Below are positions 8,001 to 15,376 of a stretch of DNA of 24,120 nt, one piece after another. Each line of letters begins with the position of its first letter. The first letter of the stretch is position 1. Under the pieces are notes generated by a model. It had not been told where the DNA came from. It was given only the letters and a program-made list of their open reading frames with translations, and ran no database searches. This stretch comes from a virus (Duplodnaviria > Caudoviricetes): positions 1 to 24,120 of IMG/VR virus record IMGVR_UViG_3300046709_000212. One strand, given 5' to 3'. A program made the position numbers and the translations under genes.

Positions 8001-11000
8001 CGTGTAGATTTTCCCGTCCTTCGTGCGAATGGCCGCTTGCGCAATCGGGTCCACCTCGTCGGGCATTTCGTCCGGCGAGAGGAATTGCCGCATCGGATTT
8101 TTGTCCTGCTCGGGTGCTGCCGGCTTCTCTAAATCTGTCACGAACCGTTTTCCGGGACGTTCACGCGATAGCAGCCCAGACAGGCTATCGAAATTCGGCT
8201 CCTGGCCAACTTCCGAAACTGCCTTCACGATAGCTTCGGTCCTATCCAGCTTGGCGACTACGTCACCGATGTCTTTGGAGTAGGCCGCGAATGAATCACT
8301 CGAATAATGCTCGGGACTTTCGTCTGAGAAAAGGGTGACAGTGCCGTTCAGCACGGGCTGCCGGTGCCGACGAGACTTGGATTCCTGTAGACTGACCTGA
8401 ACCTTTCCGCCACGAATCGGAAACTCTTTTTCCCATCCCTTTTCGGTCTTCGTGAACCCCGCTTTTGTTAGGGGTTCCTCGGACAAAAACCCTGCCGCAA
8501 GCGCCGCCCCTTCAGCGAACGGCGGCTTCGCGTCGGGGTGCGACTTGCGCCAGCCGGACGTGCCAGACGCGGAGCCCTTGTCCGTCGCAGCCTCGATGGC
8601 TTCACGGAAAAATTGGGCCTTGGTCGCGTCCGCCGATGCCTTGTCCAGCGCATCGAAGTTCCCGGCGCGGACTTCGGCCATCGTCGCCTGCGCGGTCTTG
8701 GATGCAGCGTCCTGGGCAGCCATGAGCGTGTCCAGGTCGGCCCGGTCTTTCAACCCGAGGCCGAGGTCATACGCGGAGCGCGTGAGCGAGCCCTGCGGCC
8801 CGAAAAACTTCTGCCACTGTTCAGGCGTGGCATCCGTGACGTCTTTGACGGTTTCGCCCACGGGCTTTTCCGGCAGATAACCAGCGCGCGCGATGTCGGT
8901 CTGACCGCCCTTGCCTTGCAGCTCCGGCGCAGGTTCCGCCTTCACGATGTCCGCGGCGTTGAGGCGTTCCACAACCGTGTGGAGGTCGCCCACCGGCATG
9001 CCGGCGGCGCGGAGACGATTGCGCAGCGGGTTGGTCTCTTTGATTTCCACCGGACCGCGGCCCTGGGTCGCCTTCTCGGGGTAAATAGGAATGTTGGTGC
9101 CCGGCGCGATGCGCTCGGACACGTCTCCCTGCGCGGCGCGGATTTCCTGGGCCTTGATGTTGGCCGGGAGCTGGCCCTTGACCACACGAGCGGTCTGGGG
9201 CGGACCCACATCTTTGCCCTGAAGCAGATTGAGCCACTGCTCTTTCTCGGTGCCCAGCGGGACACCCTCGCCCTTTTCGGCCGGGATGGAGACGTTGACG
9301 CCTTCGGGGCGCACGAGTTTGCCGCCACCGCCGCGGAAGCCGCGGTCCTGGTTGTCCCAGTAGGTGCGCTGGTCGGCCAAAAGCTGGTTGAGCCCTGCCG
9401 CGGTCAGCGCGCCGTTCGCATCGGTCTCCCACGGGACAGTCTCGCCGGCAGCTTTTCCCCACTGCACGGCGCGGTCGATATTGGAGACGACCTTGTCCAC
9501 GCTGCGGGCGATGACCTGGGGTTCGCCGGTCTTGGTCTGCTCCGCGCGCGTCAAAAACTTTTCCCCGGCATGGACCTCGCGTTGCTCGGGCGGCAAGCCG
9601 CGGCCTTCCTCGACCTCGGCCGCGCGCTCGGGCTCGGTCGGTTCGTAGGTGACCTTGGGCGCCCCAGCGTGTTCCATTTTGACCCCGATGCCTTGGTCCA
9701 TGGCCTGCGCCACGGTGTTCACCGCCGCCTCGTTGTCTTTGCCCTTGGACCACGACGTGAGGATACCCGTGTTCGTGACCGCGGCACGTTTAGCAGAAGG
9801 AGCAGCCGGCGGAGTAGCTTCAGCCGGGGCCGGCGCGGGAGGGGACGCGGGCGGCGTGGCTTCGGCCGGTGCCGACGGCTGCTCAAAAAGTGGAAGTTCG
9901 CCCTGGGCGGTCGGTTCCGCGGCCGGCTTGACCGGGACCTCTACGGGCGCGGCGGGTGCCGGTGCGGGTTCGGCTGGCTGCACGGGCGGGGCGGCGGTGG
10001 CTTGCTGGGCGGCGCGTTGGTCGCGTTCGGCCAGGATTTCTCCCGTGGCGTTGGCCAGCGCTTTGCGCAGGCTATACGACGGCTTCAGGTTCAGCCCCGG
10101 CGTCTTGCGGCCGGCGGTCATGTCGAGCCCGAGCGCATTGCCCATGCTCACCGCGGCGTCCAGAAACTTTTGCCGGAAGGTGGTCTTCGCCTCAGGCAGC
10201 CCCAAGGATTCCATCGGGGTGTTGTAAAGCAGGTTCGCCCAGTTGTCCGCGATGAACTCGCTGCGGACTTCCTCGGGCGTGAACGGCCGGCCGAATTGCT
10301 GTTCGTAGTGCGCCTTGAGCGCATCGAGTTCCTCGGGCGTGTAGGCCTCGCGCACCGCATCGTGCAGGGCTTCCCGCGCCTCGGGCGCCATGACGGATTC
10401 CAGGACGTGGGAAAATTCGTGCGGCGCGTCCGCGGACGACTTCACCAGGGTCACGCTCTCCACGTTCCCCTTGTCGTCGGCCACGTTGATTTTCGACACG
10501 CCGCGAGAGCGGGCTTCCTGCGCGACGGCCGCTTGCTGCTCTGGTGTGAGCGGCTGGCCACCGTTGGCGCGGATGGTGTCCTGTTCGATGGCCTTCTGGT
10601 AAGACGCATCATCCACCAAGAAAAGTTTCTTGCCGAACGGGCGCAGCGTCTCGCGCAGGCTGTCCACCATGTTGCGCGCGTTCTCCGGCGTTGAGGCAGA
10701 GACGGCCTCGTGCGCGGCGTTCAGTCCGGGAAAACCTTCGTAGCCGGGCGAGGATGTTTTCTCCCAGTTGATTTGCCCGGGGTCGAAATAGCGTTTCGCG
10801 CCGGCCTCGGCGACTGCGCCCTTTACGCCGGTCACCGCGCCGTGAACGGCTCCGCCCACCGCGCCGACACCGAGCAGCCCGCCTTGGGGCTCGTCGGTGG
10901 CGAACGCGAGTGGAGCGGTTGTCGCTGCCCCTTCCAGGGCGCCTACCACGGGCGGTTTGACAAAAGCTGCCGCGGTCTTCGCCGCGTTGAGGACCTTGGC

Positions 11001-12314
11001 CCCGGTCGTGGACTCCAGGCCGAGGGAGAGCTGCCCCTTCGGCGCGGCCCCGGCGGCTTCGCCGACCTCGCGGATGAGCTGTCCGGTCTTGCTGATAACC
11101 GGTGCGGCCAAACGTGCGGCGACCAAGGCCTTGGTCGGCACACCGAACATGTGCAGGAACGCGCCCGTGCCGATGCCATGTGCAGAGCTGGGGAGCAGGT
11201 TCTTGATGCCCTGGCCGGTGGCCTCGATGCCTTGCCCAACAGCCTGGGCGGTCTTCGCGGCTGCCGTTCCGGCCGCGCGCCCGAGATAACTCAGGGCCGC
11301 GTCTGCGCCGGCTTGATTGGCTGCCGTGAAAAGGATGCGCCCGCCGGTAGAAACCGCTTTGAGCCCGACGCCCGTGCCGACGAGCGTGATGGGGTCCGTC
11401 AAGCTGAGGAGCTTGATGTTCTCCGGGTTGAGCTGCACGCCTTCGCTGACGAGATTTTTGACGCCCTCACCGCGGGAGAGTTCCTCGACCGTTTGCTTCC
11501 AGCCGAGGTCCTTGAAAAATTCGTTCTTGAGTTCCTCGTCCGAGATGGTCCGCCAGTCCTTTTTCCCACCCACGCCGAAGGCCGGGCCGACCAGCTTGCG
11601 CGCGCCCTGGCGCACCATGTCCTGGAGCGAGCCCACTGCGGTCTGCGTGCCGGCGGTGGCCTCCGCGATGGCGGCTTCCTTATTGTCTTCCGACATGTTC
11701 TCCCATTGCGCGCGCAGCGCGGGGTCGCCGCCCTCGCCGCGGAGGGTCATCGTGATAGTGTTAACCAGCTTACCGATGCCGCCGATTTCTCCGAGGTTCT
11801 CCAGCCGCGCCGGGATGGACTTCAGGATGTCCTTCAACAGCGGGACGGTGTCCTTCTTGACGGACTCCACGGTCTTATGGAGCGTGGCTCCCTGGGCCTG
11901 CTGCTCGCGATAAGTGTCGAGCGCCTTTTGATAGCGCTTCGGGTCCTTGAAAACGTCGGGATTCTGCGAGACGAAGTCGTGGATTTTGAAGTTCGGGTCC
12001 GCCGCCAAGTCCTGGGGTGTGCGTTCATCCAGGGCGTCGGCCTTGCGCTCCCCGGCAAAAGGGTCGTGGACCTGTTGCTCTCCGTGGAAGGGGTCAACCT
12101 GCTTCTCTCCGGCAAACGGGTCCGCCGGCTTGACGGCTTCTTTTTCCCCAGGCGCGAGCGGCGGCGGTTCGATGCCCTTCGCAGCGAAAGCCGCGCGCAT
12201 CTTTGCGTGTTCCGCGGCCAGCGCTTCGGGCGTTAGAGCGCCCGGCTGTTCCGCTGGGGTGAGTGGGATGTCCTGGAAGGCCTGCCCCTCTTGAAGGTCC
12301 TGGACGATGGGCAT
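5013..12314 (-). CDS. Giant polyvalent / internal virion (ejection) protein, 2433 aa, with HExxH zincin domain, modular C-terminal cassette and terminal HhH-glycosylase-like domain
   Basis: Located after the GNAT and ejection genes; Ala/Gly-rich hydrophobic helices in the N-terminal region; HEFSH at 10407-10421; seven repeated [GAQ][FY]L[PS] linkers; C-terminal WY...LGATSPQ...GPKT..F..NL...VDKW...QAILW. Confidence 0.8.
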   Translation of the reverse strand: MPIVQDLQEGQAFQDIPLTPAEQPGALTPEALAAEHAKMRAAFAAKGIEPPPLAPGEKEAVKPADPFAGEKQVDPFHGEQQVHDPFAGERKADALDERTPQDLAADPNFKIHDFVSQNPDVFKDPKRYQKALDTYREQQAQGATLHKTVESVKKDTVPLLKDILKSIPARLENLGEIGGIGKLVNTITMTLRGEGGDPALRAQWENMSEDNKEAAIAEATAGTQTAVGSLQDMVRQGARKLVGPAFGVGGKKDWRTISDEELKNEFFKDLGWKQTVEELSRGEGVKNLVSEGVQLNPENIKLLSLTDPITLVGTGVGLKAVSTGGRILFTAANQAGADAALSYLGRAAGTAAAKTAQAVGQGIEATGQGIKNLLPSSAHGIGTGAFLHMFGVPTKALVAARLAAPVISKTGQLIREVGEAAGAAPKGQLSLGLESTTGAKVLNAAKTAAAFVKPPVVGALEGAATTAPLAFATDEPQGGLLGVGAVGGAVHGAVTGVKGAVAEAGAKRYFDPGQINWEKTSSPGYEGFPGLNAAHEAVSASTPENARNMVDSLRETLRPFGKKLFLVDDASYQKAIEQDTIRANGGQPLTPEQQAAVAQEARSRGVSKINVADDKGNVESVTLVKSSADAPHEFSHVLESVMAPEAREALHDAVREAYTPEELDALKAHYEQQFGRPFTPEEVRSEFIADNWANLLYNTPMESLGLPEAKTTFRQKFLDAAVSMGNALGLDMTAGRKTPGLNLKPSYSLRKALANATGEILAERDQRAAQQATAAPPVQPAEPAPAPAAPVEVPVKPAAEPTAQGELPLFEQPSAPAEATPPASPPAPAPAEATPPAAPSAKRAAVTNTGILTSWSKGKDNEAAVNTVAQAMDQGIGVKMEHAGAPKVTYEPTEPERAAEVEEGRGLPPEQREVHAGEKFLTRAEQTKTGEPQVIARSVDKVVSNIDRAVQWGKAAGETVPWETDANGALTAAGLNQLLADQRTYWDNQDRGFRGGGGKLVRPEGVNVSIPAEKGEGVPLGTEKEQWLNLLQGKDVGPPQTARVVKGQLPANIKAQEIRAAQGDVSERIAPGTNIPIYPEKATQGRGPVEIKETNPLRNRLRAAGMPVGDLHTVVERLNAADIVKAEPAPELQGKGGQTDIARAGYLPEKPVGETVKDVTDATPEQWQKFFGPQGSLTRSAYDLGLGLKDRADLDTLMAAQDAASKTAQATMAEVRAGNFDALDKASADATKAQFFREAIEAATDKGSASGTSGWRKSHPDAKPPFAEGAALAAGFLSEEPLTKAGFTKTEKGWEKEFPIRGGKVQVSLQESKSRRHRQPVLNGTVTLFSDESPEHYSSDSFAAYSKDIGDVVAKLDRTEAIVKAVSEVGQEPNFDSLSGLLSRERPGKRFVTDLEKPAAPEQDKNPMRQFLSPDEMPDEVDPIAQAAIRTKDGKIYTGSWHGEAMDKIAAERGITDADKVMGLYDSGELTDGFVTKKGTFYDRAGAADYATKIKQLKQPLVYDKSLESAEFAGKRAFLSETALEPIRSGEKDGETFNADGSVFVPPTDAKLDVVPLTSINLPADQFTAAGVAKALEPFKETLKNENIKAGVFRLATPDAEGKQQYSVDINALVDQEHRDNSIAFAKANGQEAVFDLAEQQSVATGGNGEAVLKSPAEVAKAAEALARGENPLTPGEADVRPIDDRWHVVWKPRAEGKTTLRQTVHAASAEEAQQKAGVPEGAHIISTEPVYAPGMRRAGFLPSSEPRAIKSAAVQDGDGKIFEGRFHGEAILRADDEGAAAIRGYSDPIWDVPYKTGFVTNEGEFLSRDESFQRAKELEQLPKDFQPLEPGELHTGDLREAGVLPPREPTFISKEDRGGYLPKKGRETEAEAKKRVEETDYSKYNTPAEQKAVDAKATGWILPNGKYVPLDTNYHQTWLGENADKLNKQFGTELTKDATEDDRLAALNAGFVRVRNYGGKMVIEANIDKFDGARRKAINNLVDRHAENVDSIRVSLLDENGEVADSIGEQLHEMSDPRKVAREMLDHLRQFHTPKEETAPKKGPSNIQIARSRGGYLPENIPPQGTPGFNDYAESLVAKAKSFPEVLPPELRRDKAGNVRAAWDGEPLFAAQEWDLFNTPLAKKSGSVDAFTTDLSKKMEEEYNSIKDRPELKGAEQWYELCRTKLREVLKTPEDIKLFGELLGATSPQQKVAPNFSDAVAAFNQIKSGAYDDMVAKYREGKAKFAAKDPEAMADFQKEASASAVKSGQLSDFLYWWADKHDLVPKKANGAKYGMNSRAVMKVLDGTWMESVEGPKTPSFTGNLIGLWFKGIVDKWAMRTMTRLSSEGQPWRIIHQAETGISNPEYFAGEKAFQEAADRIGIKPDALQAILWVNEQRLWEENGWARAGAQHGATYQGLLEHTTKTPEGKLEFTPPKPPKKVKSKVAKIVESQ

Positions 12315-12317
12315 AAA

Positions 12318-13670
12318 TTAGCGGGCTTCGACTGGCAACACGGGGATGTCTGCTTCGGACGGGGCGGGCGCCGGCTCAGCGGCAGGGGCCGGAGCGGCAG
12401 GCAGGTTGCCCTTGTATTTTCGGTTCACGAATTTGCGACCGTCCGGCGACATGTAAAACTCTGCGTCGTCGGGGGCCTCGGCCGGCGAGTTGACGACCGG
12501 GATTTGCTTCACGAGCGACGCACCCGTGCCTGCGGCTGGCGCCGCAGCTGCCGCGGCGGGCGCGGCTGCTACTGGCGCAGCGGCGGGAGCGGCTGCCGGG
12601 GCTGCTGGAGTCGCCACGACGCGTTTGGTCACCGCATCGCGGTTCGGAAGCTGAACAAAGGTTTTCCCGTTGAGCACGTTCATCTCCTCGTCCGTGAGGA
12701 CCTCGTCCAGGTCGTTTCCGATGTTCTGTTTCTCGGCGCGCTTCTGAATGAATTTGTAATGGTCGCGGGAATCCTCGGACACCGCTTGGTTGTATTGCTG
12801 AAAAGCCTGCGCCATCTGGCGACGGTCGTTCTCCGTGAGGATTGCCCCGGCGGGAAGCTGGTCCCGGTTCGGCAGCGTCATAAAGTTGTCCAGCTTTTTC
12901 TTGAGCTGTTCGGCGAACGGCGTTTGCTTCTGCACGAAGTCAATCATCGATGGACGAATGACGGCCGAAGGATTCGCGGCCTTCAAAAAGGAATCGATGA
13001 GCAGGCCATCCTCGGCGTTTGACGGCGTGGGATTCGACAGCACGTTGCGCGCGACGCGGAGCGCACCGAGAGCAGTATCAAGCCCGCGCTCGTGGTTCTT
13101 CTTGTCCTTCTGCTGGACCAAGTCGTCAATCGCTTTGGGCGCATTCGGCGCGACGGATTCAACGGTGCGGACGGGACCAACGGCTCGCCCTTCCTTGGTC
13201 ATCATCTGGCCCGTGACAGTTTTCTGGCCGGAGGGCAGGACCGTCGTCGTCTGGTGTTCAGTCGCGCTGAGCGACATCGCACGGGAGTGCTCGCGAGTTT
13301 CCTTGGCCTGGGTCGCGAGCAAAATGTTCTTGAGCGCGGCCGGGCGGTCAACCGTTCCGTCCGGGTTCGTGGGCAGCTCGTAGCCTTCGTGCGCGGCGAC
13401 CTGGGCATGCACCTTGGCCACTTCTTCGTTGGAGCCGCCACTGAGCAGGTTGGTGTATTCCTGGCGGGCTTTCAACGCAGCGTTGCGTTGCAGGGCGGGA
13501 GACAGCTTGCGCTCGTCCAGCGCCTTTTGCGCCTGCAACTCGTGAATCAAGTCCTCCGCATCCCATGAATTGAGCAACTGATGCGTGGGCATCTTCGCAT
13601 ACTTCGCCCGGGCCTGTTCGTAGTAGGCCTTGTATTGCGGGTCGTTTCGGTCCACATGCGTCGTCGGCAT
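12318..13670 (-). CDS. Putative internal virion/ejection protein (450 aa, start MPTTHVDR)
   Basis: ATG at 13670 follows a TAATTTT junction; helical Q/K/A-rich body and PA-rich tail; function inferred from synteny. Confidence 0.65.
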   Translation of the reverse strand: MPTTHVDRNDPQYKAYYEQARAKYAKMPTHQLLNSWDAEDLIHELQAQKALDERKLSPALQRNAALKARQEYTNLLSGGSNEEVAKVHAQVAAHEGYELPTNPDGTVDRPAALKNILLATQAKETREHSRAMSLSATEHQTTTVLPSGQKTVTGQMMTKEGRAVGPVRTVESVAPNAPKAIDDLVQQKDKKNHERGLDTALGALRVARNVLSNPTPSNAEDGLLIDSFLKAANPSAVIRPSMIDFVQKQTPFAEQLKKKLDNFMTLPNRDQLPAGAILTENDRRQMAQAFQQYNQAVSEDSRDHYKFIQKRAEKQNIGNDLDEVLTDEEMNVLNGKTFVQLPNRDAVTKRVVATPAAPAAAPAAAPVAAAPAAAAAAPAAGTGASLVKQIPVVNSPAEAPDDAEFYMSPDGRKFVNRKYKGNLPAAPAPAAEPAPAPSEADIPVLPVEAR

Positions 13671-13674
13671 AAAA

Positions 13675-14118
13675 TTAGAAACCAGCTTCCACCGGATAAA
13701 TCTCGCCCGTGCTTGGCGGGGCAATCGCGGACGGAATAGTGTTCCCGTATTGGTCCGTCGTGCCAGTGATTCCGCTCACCCCGCCCCCGGGGGGCGGTCC
13801 GAAGTTCGGACCACCGAGTCCACCGCCGGACGCTGCGGGCGTGACGGGTGCGCCAGAGCTGTCGCGCGGGAGGGATTCCTCTTCGGAGCTGTTGTTGTTG
13901 AACAAATTTCGGTCGCGGGATTCCTTGGTCCGCGCGTCTTTGTCCGCTTGGTCTTTCAGGGACTTTTGGCGTTTCTGTTCTTCCGTGTTTTGCTGCGTCT
14001 GCGCGCCACCAGCGGCTTGCGCGAGGTGCATGTTGTTAATCGCCTGCGTCAGCGACATCGCCGCAAAAGTTTTCGCGTCGGAATTAACTGGGACGATTGG
14101 AATGTCGAGGGCTGCCAT
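13675..14118 (-). CDS. Putative small ejection/internal virion protein (147 aa)
   Basis: Q/K coiled segment plus G/P-rich tail; tight junctions on both sides; function inferred from synteny. Confidence 0.55.
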   Translation of the reverse strand: MAALDIPIVPVNSDAKTFAAMSLTQAINNMHLAQAAGGAQTQQNTEEQKRQKSLKDQADKDARTKESRDRNLFNNNSSEEESLPRDSSGAPVTPAASGGGLGGPNFGPPPGGGVSGITGTTDQYGNTIPSAIAPPSTGEIYPVEAGF

Positions 14119-14119
14119 A

Positions 14120-15373
14120 TTACGCGGTTGCCTTCATCTGTTTGATTTGACGGACCAGCGCCTTCACACTGGCGAGCGCGACGCCAATCGCGTCCACGAT
14201 GGGAATCGTTTTCGCGTCGCCCTGGCCGCTGCCAAAAAGCACATCCCAGTCCTGGGCCATGGGTCCGGTATGCCGGCCCGCCGGCACCCCCTCGATGTCC
14301 TTCTTGTATTCCCAGTTCGACACCGGGAGTTTGGACACCTTGTCGAGAATCTTGTCCTCGTCCACCGTCTCAATGTTTTCCTTGGCGTTCTTGTCGGAGA
14401 GCATTGACGTGAGGCCGGTCATGGCGCCTTGTGACGCTTGGCTGCCGCCACCGCCGCCCGTGCCGCCTGCGCCGCCGTAGGCTCCGCTTGCGGTTCCACC
14501 CCAGTTGCCGACCGACTGGTTCAACGCCGTGTCGCGGATGCGCGCGAATTCGAGCGCCTTCCACGAGTTCAAGTTGGCCTTCTGCATCGCGATGTCGCGC
14601 TGGGCCGTGCGGCCGGCGAGGTCGAGGTTCAGCGTCTCGCGACCGGTGAGGCCCGTGCCCGTGCCGGCTTCTGTCGAGTTCGCCAGCTGGAAAATGCCCG
14701 CGGCCCGGCCGAGGTTCGCCTGTTCGGACGACTGAATCGTCGGGAAAATCGAGCCGAGAATCTTCGCCCGGGACTCGGTCATCGCCTGCGCGGTGCCGGC
14801 CAGCTGAGACGCTTCCAGGTTGCGGGCCTGACGCAGCTTTTCGCCCGCGCTGCCGAGCACGTTCGAAACCACGCCGCCCACGGACCGTTCGCCCGGCTTG
14901 ATGCCGGCCTGCGCGGATGCCCCCACGCCAGCGCGGACCAGCTCGGCCTGATACTCCGGCGGCAGACTACCGCCCAGCTGGAGAAGGTCGTTCGCTTTCT
15001 GGATGACGGTGTCCTTGAGTTTCTTCAACTCCGGATTTTGGTCGATGTTCTCGCTGAAAAGCTGCTTAGCGACCCGCGTGGATTCGAGCGAGGAGGCCGG
15101 CGTCTGGGCCTGCGCGAGGAGGTCCTTGCGCGCCTGCTGCCCGGCCGCATACATCTCCGGCTCGTATTGCTTCTGTAGCGCGACGCGGCGGTCCAGGTAG
15201 CCCTTGTCGTATTGCTGGACAAGGTTGGTGATGCGCTCGATGTTGTAGTCCTGCGACAGCGCGTCGCGCTGGGCATTGAGGCCATTACGCTGTGCCGCGT
15301 AAGCCTCGTTCATCGCCTTTTCGTCGGTGAAGCGCTCGGCGATGGACGCCGCCGTTCCTAGAATTGAACCCAT
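14120..15373 (-). CDS. Putative DNA-ejection (pilot-like) protein with C-terminal peptidase S74 / intramolecular chaperone domain
   Basis: N-terminus MGSILGTAASIA, Q/A-rich helical body and Gly linker, then SDKNAKENI...LPVSNWEYK...HTGPMAQD...IGVALASVKAL plus a coiled coil, which is the typical S74 pattern. Confidence 0.8.
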   Translation of the reverse strand: MGSILGTAASIAERFTDEKAMNEAYAAQRNGLNAQRDALSQDYNIERITNLVQQYDKGYLDRRVALQKQYEPEMYAAGQQARKDLLAQAQTPASSLESTRVAKQLFSENIDQNPELKKLKDTVIQKANDLLQLGGSLPPEYQAELVRAGVGASAQAGIKPGERSVGGVVSNVLGSAGEKLRQARNLEASQLAGTAQAMTESRAKILGSIFPTIQSSEQANLGRAAGIFQLANSTEAGTGTGLTGRETLNLDLAGRTAQRDIAMQKANLNSWKALEFARIRDTALNQSVGNWGGTASGAYGGAGGTGGGGGSQASQGAMTGLTSMLSDKNAKENIETVDEDKILDKVSKLPVSNWEYKKDIEGVPAGRHTGPMAQDWDVLFGSGQGDAKTIPIVDAIGVALASVKALVRQIKQMKATA

Positions 15374-15376
15374 AAA

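Noticed and set aside
7980-8045. Cytidine deaminase call for AAIRTKDGKIYTG..HGE
   Set aside because: No downstream PCxxC zinc ligands in either copy of the module; kept only as an unknown domain.
8538-12236. Long plus-strand ORFs (8538-10694, 718 aa; 10710-12236, 508 aa; similarly 7011-8132)
   Set aside because: Antisense shadows of the giant gene, expected from high-GC codon bias; Arg/Gly-rich with no motifs or start context.
13671-13724. Longer ORF-track starts (13724, 17064, 17518, 21500, 1689, 2734, 2765)
   Set aside because: They overlap upstream genes; internal ATGs at tight stop-start junctions fit better.
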